NCBI GenBank assembly: GCA_964035545.1 | Contig: OZ037765.1 | Coordinates: 27,403,504 to 27,467,503 of the forward strand | Length of the DNA stretch: 64,000 bases | Source of the DNA: Bugula neritina | Taxonomy: Eukaryota; Animalia; Bryozoa | Direction of reading: 5' to 3' | Part shown: positions 58,001 through 64,000 of the stretch, one piece after another | How positions within the stretch are numbered: the first letter of the stretch is position 1 | Layout of the letters: each line of letters starts with the position of its first letter | Notes under the pieces: model-generated | Databases searched by the model: none | What the model was told of the DNA's origin: nothing | The model's input: only the letters and a program-made list of their open reading frames with translations | Position numbers and translations under genes: made by a program

Positions 58001-60226
58001 CTGAAAGCTGACATGAATGAGGCTACCAAAAGTGCTGACCAAATACGGCAGCAAATTCAGGATTTTAGAAAGAAGTAAGTTTTAAACATGGTTTTCTACC
58101 ATTAGTGGAATGAATTTTAATTAATTTTTTGGCATTTGTTTTATGTAAATTTTTGCAAAGAGTTATATGCTCCTACACTCTATGGAATAAATCAAGCTTT
58201 ATTTTGTTACCAAATATTGCAGTAGTATCTAAAAACTGTATTAAATACTTCATAAACTACTTTAGTAATAACTTGGGCTTTATGACCTAGCAACATTTAA
58301 TCTACGCATGGAAATGGTTTTTTTTAATATTTAAACGTTAATCAGTAATAAATCATGGATCATTACTCTAATATGTAAAGTTTAATATGTTGTTGTAAAA
58401 TGACAGCTTATAAACTCACAGCACTTAAGCTGTCGCTCTTTCATTATGTTTATTGATTTGATATGCTGTGGTAGATCTGGTACTGTCAGAACTACAGATA
58501 AGTGTTCACTGTGCAGCTTTCCTCTGGTCACCAGATCCTTCTATCTCTTCCCTTGCCACCATAAGTTTCACTCCGACTGTCTCATTGCTGAGGTATGCAA
58601 CTCGGCCTATACTTATGATAATTAGGCTGTACGTAAATAATCATCAACATAGCTACATTGCTTATATTTAAAAAGAGGCTAGGATGCATGCTAAGTTATA
58701 ACAGAAAAGAAGTTAAGCTAGCTACATGCAGTTTGCTGTGTTTGTGCTGTAAATAGGCGTGTGCACCAGCGACTTGGGATTAGGGTGGGAGTTTCAGGAA
58801 GTGGGGGTTTCTTTGATAGGCAGTTATTGTAACAGCTTCACTACAATAGTCTATGCTAAGTTCATTTTAGTATTAGTATTAATGTGCAAAATTTATTTCA
58901 AGGGCTGATGGCTGTAGAATTCTATTCAGAGAAGTTACCCAGACAAATTGTTTTATTTAAAAGATGCGTAAACTTCTAGTTATCTCAAATACAATCAGTT
59001 TTTTTACTGTAAATTAGTAATTGACAGTTTCTGTATATTTTGGCAGCATTTTAATAATTTTATTGTTACTTATTTATATGAACTTACGCTGAAATGCTCC
59101 AGTGTTGAGTGTGAATTTTACCTGTATTAGTTTTAAACAGCATCACTTTGAATCTGCACTGCTTTGCCTTCAGGTGCTGCCGTCATTGAGCTCCAGCATC
59201 AGGGCTACAGTTGAAGAGTTGCAGCGTAAAGTAGCCAGCAGGGAGGATGCTTTTAGCATTACTTCCAATACCTCCACATCTTTTACTCAATCTGCCAAGG
59301 TATTTGCCACATTTCACACCTGGTGTTGGCAACAGAAGCTTTGAAAATTTGTCACATTCTATAATATAATATTGTAAACTGATTTATTACTTTGCTTGTC
59401 AACCTATTTTGGCAATTTGCTATTCTTTGTAATCATATAAACTTTTAAGCATGTCATTATGAGGAATTCTATAGTAGGTGTTAACTCACCACCTGTGGAG
59501 GTATTTTTGTAACAGGAATTACAATAATTGATTCATTTATCTTTTTAATCACATCTTTATTAACCATAATCAATCAATTAATATTAATGACGAAATATCA
59601 AAGAAAATATATCACTTTATTTTTGTTATGCAATGAGGCTCTAAATCTTTTTGATGGAAAAAAAGACATTTTTTATCAAGTTGAGAGAGAATGGCAAAGC
59701 TTTGTATTATAAATAAATAGAATGATATTTTACAGGCTGAGTTGGATGAACTTGTAGCTGCTGAGTGTATATATTGCGGAGAACAGATTATCAGGTACAT
59801 ATCTTTCTCTGCTCTCTCTCTTTCCTCTTTATTACCAGTTATCATGTAGTAGCTGCTATTTGTTGTTTGTAAATGGTTGACTGAAGTCTTATTATCTTCT
59901 CAACTTATGACAAAAATATACTTCCTAGCTTTTTATTTCTATGTTTGCATTTTCACTAGCTATTAATATCTACTAAAATTATTATGTTTCTGTCTGACCA
60001 TAAAGCAACAGCTCAGCTTTTCAAGTAGGTTATTTATGATTTCAAACTAATGTTGAAACTAATGGCACAAGTAGTCTTTGTTTATTTGTAAATAACCACT
60101 TTCCTTTGAACTCCAGTATCTTCAAATGCATACTGAGTTGTGTACATCCCGTGCTTTTCTAGGACTATAGACGAGCCATTCATTGCCCTAGACGAGTACG
60201 GAGCGGCTACAGAGGACTGGGATTAG
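43004..60226 (+). CDS. VPS18: Vacuolar protein sorting 18 (CORVET/HOPS core), ~977 aa; 24 coding exons: 43004-43024, 43145-43221, 44405-44526, 47879-48018, 48131-48212, 48459-48544, 48789-48904, 49435-49526, 50049-50334, 51215-51373, 51761-51886, 52477-52615, 53326-53493, 53788-53955, 54448-54627, 55313-55453, 56070-56201, 56308-56389, 56911-57038, 57953-58074, 58475-58592, 59174-59299, 59736-59794, 60163-60226
   Basis: IYMDPTGDHVII, ISAVAWN, IAMTEFHLLVL, SFEEITLKFI, WLVEIWLNQL, IYDLIASHGD, YKFSPLLM, YDLKYALRLC, LLKIEDILPFFPDFVTIDKFK, and RING CSLC...FPCHHKFHSDC...ECIYCG. All junctions are in phase. Confidence 0.97.
44966..46850 (-). CDS. Interleukin-17 family cytokine, 175 aa, nested antisense in VPS18 intron 44527-47878; exons 46709-46850, 45825-45966, 44966-45209
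   Basis: Signal peptide MRRYLVGVLFAFLCIVEAYG. IL-17 core INERSTCPW-AYTFNYEHRRFPKYLLQAVSLC...C...CQPVVEYITVM...C.EGYFLYE...IPRSYTC. GT-AG junctions are in phase. TATAAAAA (-) lies ~65 nt upstream of the ATG. Confidence 0.88.
48560..48725. repeat. ~28-bp minisatellite (ataatatataatctcattcattctataa) x~6
   Basis: Direct observation. It fills most of a VPS18 intron. Confidence 0.9.
50616..51038. mobile_element. ~420-bp full-length hairpin (foldback MITE)
   Basis: gggtcatcttacctaatttagtacacag... matches the reverse complement of ...ctgtgtactaaattaggtaaaatgaccc. Symmetry continues to the centre cggaccgttacg-aaaaaaac-cgtaacgatccg (~50811-50841). Confidence 0.85.
52925..53300. repeat. ~35-bp minisatellite (tatatatagtgtartattatgtattgtatggkat) x~10
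   Basis: Direct observation. Confidence 0.92.
54725..54940. repeat. (GTGYA)n pentamer repeat
   Basis: gtgtagtgcagtgtagtg runs. Confidence 0.9.
56425..56870. repeat. Compound tandem repeat built from ctactctata/ctactctactca units
   Basis: Direct observation. It occupies most of VPS18 intron 56390-56910. Confidence 0.92.
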
Positions 60227-61442
60227 GGATCAGTTGGCTGGAAATATGACTAGTCAGTTACAATATAATATGACAACAATCATTCCTTTCTCCTAGTCTT
60301 TGATGTCTTCTCTGGGTGTTTTTAACTCCAATTATCTTTGTGATTACCCAGGTGCTAGTTTGCTCAGTTGTTCTACTGATTATTATTATATTTGTATTTC
60401 TGTGGCTACAGCAGTTATATTCTAGCGCACTTGTAATTAGGTTCGTTAGAAATGTCAGTGTCATGTTATAGCGTATAGACGGTGCCCATGTGGGACCACA
60501 TTTGCTTGCATTCTATGTGAGGAGATAGCCTATGTTTAAAAGTGGTTATTATTAGTTGCACTTGGGATCACTGTACCACATGTAGATTTGCTCTGCTAAC
60601 CTGTGCCACACTGTGCAAGCAATTCGAAAACTCTGTCACTGCTAAGTTGTTCAACTAAAGCACATATCCAAATATGGAGTTGGTCTGTCGGCAAACAACT
60701 ATTATTATTTATTGAATCTACCCACCACTAGACTTCGTATAAAACTTACTAACTTTATTAAAAAAATGTCAAAAATATTTACTTTGTATTATTACATAAA
60801 GTACTAAAAAGTGTATTTTTTGATTTTGATATTAATTTTATTTATGCAACAGTTTATGTACATGTAGATAAAATGAAAATATGATACGCAATAAACTATT
60901 TAAATACTTGTTATACCGTAAAACATTAAAGAAGTTATAAACTTTTGGAAGCTAAAAATTGGCTTTAGCTTTCAAATGTTTGCATTATTTATTTCAGCAA
61001 ACAATATCACAGTAATGTTCAAATTTTATAAAATAATGCACATTTGCATACAATATAATATTATACCCAAGTAAGACAATTACCTCTACCACCATTATAT
61101 CTATTATATTATACAGAAGTCACTGCTATAAGCATTGTTTTCATTCCTTAAGACTTCCAATCAAACAACAGAGCTTTACTCATGTTGAAGTCAAAAATGA
61201 TGTCCATAAAACATTGTCATGTCTATAGTTAATTGTGTTTGAAGTTTAAATCTGATTTCATAGAAATAGTCTGTTGCAAAAAAGTACAAGTACACTAATA
61301 TGAAAAGTAATGAGTATTCTAAAACTGGCTTGGAACTTATACCAACTACTGTATAACATGTGTAACAATTAATAATATACAATAATTATAGTTAATCTTA
61401 CATCTGTCATAATCTCATAATGTGCAATACTTTGCCCTACAT

Positions 61443-63668
61443 TTACCTGCATGCACATGATTCTACTAGCATGTCACTGTAAGTCTTCAAAACTATGTTA
61501 TCATGTTCATCATAGAACAATAGAGTTACAGGTTGCAGCTTATCGGCTACACAACAAGGCTGTGGCACGCTAGTCATTTTTTGTATGGAAGTAAATAGAC
61601 TTTGCAAAGTCGCATGGTTGGTCAAATGCTTGCCCTAAAAAAAAAGAAAGACATAAAATATGTGCAAGTGTAATAGAATAGCTTACTCTCAGTATCAATA
61701 ATGGGAGGAGCTGGTTTTGTAAAATAAACATACCTATGAATGTATATATTATACTTATTAGAGCAATTCTTCCGTAAAAATCTTGCCCACAGATTCAGGT
61801 TAGTTTACATATAAATAACCATTAAAGTGTCCACACAAGCTTTAATGGTATGTTGTCATACCTAAACCTCTTTTCAACAACTAAATGTAATTATTACCAA
61901 GAAGCTACTTTTGTAACTTGCTATACTTACATAAGAGTATGGAAAACTGCATAAACCAGAGCAATAATAAGCATCAAACTTCTTTGGCTCAATTATCCGT
62001 CTGCCCCATCCAATGTCTTCAAAATTTATTCTCAATGGTTTTCGACCACACACTTTTTGCTTTTCACTTTCGAAAATATTGGAAACCTGTGATGATTTGG
62101 ATGTTGGGAATTTATACTTTTGTTTCTTTTTCTTTGATTCTTCTTTTGGCCAGGGTAAATACTGTACTTTTGGTATTTGGTAAATTCGTTTTTTGCTAGA
62201 GAGTCTTGCATTATTCTTTAATGGAAAAGTTCCTGGTTCTAACTTTGTTGTCGTTGGTAAACTTTTAGCTAGGTCTGGTTCTGCTCTGTTTGTGGCTTCA
62301 TTGAAATGAGAGCCATTGTCAACAGAAGTTTCGACCGAGTCTGGTAACGAAGTCTCTATCTTGTTATCATGAACACTTCTCCTGAGTCTTCTGGCATGTT
62401 TGCTTGCCTTTCCAGTCTCTGGGTTAATCATGGCGCCAAGTTCTGTCATCAACTGCTCTGTGCTGAGTTTTGTCTGATTGGCAATTTGATCCATTTCTAG
62501 TGTTCTATTATTTTTAGAGTATAGCAATATAAATGGGAGCCCATGATGTTTTAGAAAGTGGGGCATGCTCACTGGTATAGCTACAGCGTCTTCATTCACT
62601 TCACTGAATCCCACCCCCAGCTTGTTGTAGGAGTTGATGGTATTTGTGCACTGCTTAACTGCCTTAGTGATATCTATCTGTTGCCAACCTTTACCACTTG
62701 GACTCAATCGGTGTCTTTGTACCAGAGTGATGTAATAAGGCGACACTTCTGATATATCTATTTGCACTGTTTTCATCTCTTCCACAGACCGTCTGTAGAA
62801 ATGTAACTCAGCTTTAGCCAGTGTCTCTCCAAGTCTGTCCAATGAATCCAAATTAAACAATATTTTGCTTAGACTTGAGCTGTATCCTGCAACATTTGAA
62901 ACATTATCAGTGCTATGCATAAACAGTATCAAAGTATATCAAAGCACAGAGTGGAGTTTAATTTCAACATTGGCTTCAAATACACACCAATTAGTTTTAT
63001 TTTAGTTTCAAGCTTTTTCAAGTAGCTTTTGTATAACATTTTCCTAGAGGAGATGTTGTATTAGAAAACATGCAAAAATTGGAGACAATGTAATATTGTA
63101 ACATTGAAAAATAAAAGCTATTGCTTATTCCCGTATGTTTCAATTTGGAAGTAATTGAAAAACATGTTATTATTTGATCTACCTAATGATAATCTGTAAT
63201 TAGAAATGCTCAGTTTTATGTTATCTGCTCATCTATAATAATTGTAATACCAAGTCTAGAAGGCACCACCTTATTGTGTCTAATATAAACACGGTGCCCA
63301 CGGGTTAGTCAGCTATCTGCTATTGAGTCTAGCTAAGTCTTCTATCCTAACTGTTGATCACAGGGATCTATAGACTTATAGCTGTGTTTGCCCGGCTATC
63401 TTTCATAATAAAAATATAATTTGCTATTCATAAAGTCATGAAATACAGTACTGGGCCACAGATAAAATCTATCAAAGCCATGATAAAGCTGCAACAACTA
63501 ACCTTTCATTGGAGAAATACATTTAATAGTGTTCAAGTCATCTTCCATCAGTCCTCTATGTCGGTATTGCTTGTAGAGCTGCTTCATTTTCCTCGGTATG
63601 GTTTTATCAGCTGAGCATATTGTAATCAATGTGATGAGATATAAAATATTTATCTTCCAATAAGTCAT
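61443..63668 (-). CDS. BMP3/GDF10-like TGF-beta superfamily ligand, ~437 aa; exons 63503-63668, 61931-62886, 61443-61634
   Basis: Signal peptide MTYWKINILYLITLITICSA. Prodomain ILFNLDSL..AELHFY..GWQQIDIT..PFILLYS. Furin site RRLRR. Mature domain CGRKPLRINFEDIGW..IIEPKKFDAYYCSGLC.FP...NHATLQS...PQPCCV...LLFYDEHDNIVLKTY.DM.VESCACR carries BMP3-type FDAYYCSG and VESCACR. Confidence 0.9.
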
Positions 63669-64000
63669 TTTGGTTTAAATAGTTGAGTAATAATGGTTTG
63701 TGTACAGATTCACTTATATGTCTCCAGGTGTAGAACAAAGACTTCTAAATAACCTAAAATGTCAAACAGATATCTAAATATGGTTTCAGAAAAAATCTAA
63801 AAGGAAAAATGTGCAGAAAATTTTCTTTTCAAATTATCATTTAGGATCCTTCAAGACAAACATTAGGTGCGTGAGCTACTTACTTAGTCTCCCAACCACA
63901 TCAAACAAAGCCTGAGCTTGTAGTGAGTTATTGCTAAGGAGTAACACATGGCCTACTGCTTTCCAAAAAAGAAATCACTGAATTTATAATTTGTAAGACT

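Noticed and set aside
63280-63400. Possible Helitron-like end (acggtgcccacggg; tgcccggc)
   Set aside because: Too short and degenerate to define a hairpin plus CTRR terminus.

Overview
AT-rich, intron-dense eukaryotic (invertebrate animal) DNA. It is probably from a non-arthropod bilaterian or lophotrochozoan, but that is inference and the species is not identified. I assembled nine spliced genes by hand, and all exon phases are consistent: a ZAD-like/C2H2 zinc-finger gene (-), a TspanC8 tetraspanin (+), a CNBD2-like tandem cyclic-nucleotide-binding protein (-), a divergent SRSF1/9-like SR protein (-), dynein light chain LC8 (+), COQ5 (-), a 24-exon VPS18 (+), a BMP3/GDF10-like TGF-beta ligand (-), and a 3-exon IL-17-family cytokine nested antisense in a VPS18 intron, which the ORF track largely misses. 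Genes mostly alternate head-to-head and tail-to-tail. Mobile DNA includes a 3.56-kb two-tier palindromic (foldback) element, a hAT MITE with a perfect 8-bp TSD, other MITE/hairpin elements, decayed R4/Dong-like and possibly Crypton-like and CR1/L2-like fragments, and SINE-like copies. The most notable observations are: (1) the nested IL-17 with paired loss of one canonical disulfide; (2) a distinctive period-3/6 TAG/TAT/TAA low-complexity signature at the 5' ends (first introns) of the inferred promoters; (3) the giant palindrome with an abrupt identity step; (4) an SR protein that has lost SWQDLKD and whose 3' region appears splice-linked to the downstream CNBD2-like gene.
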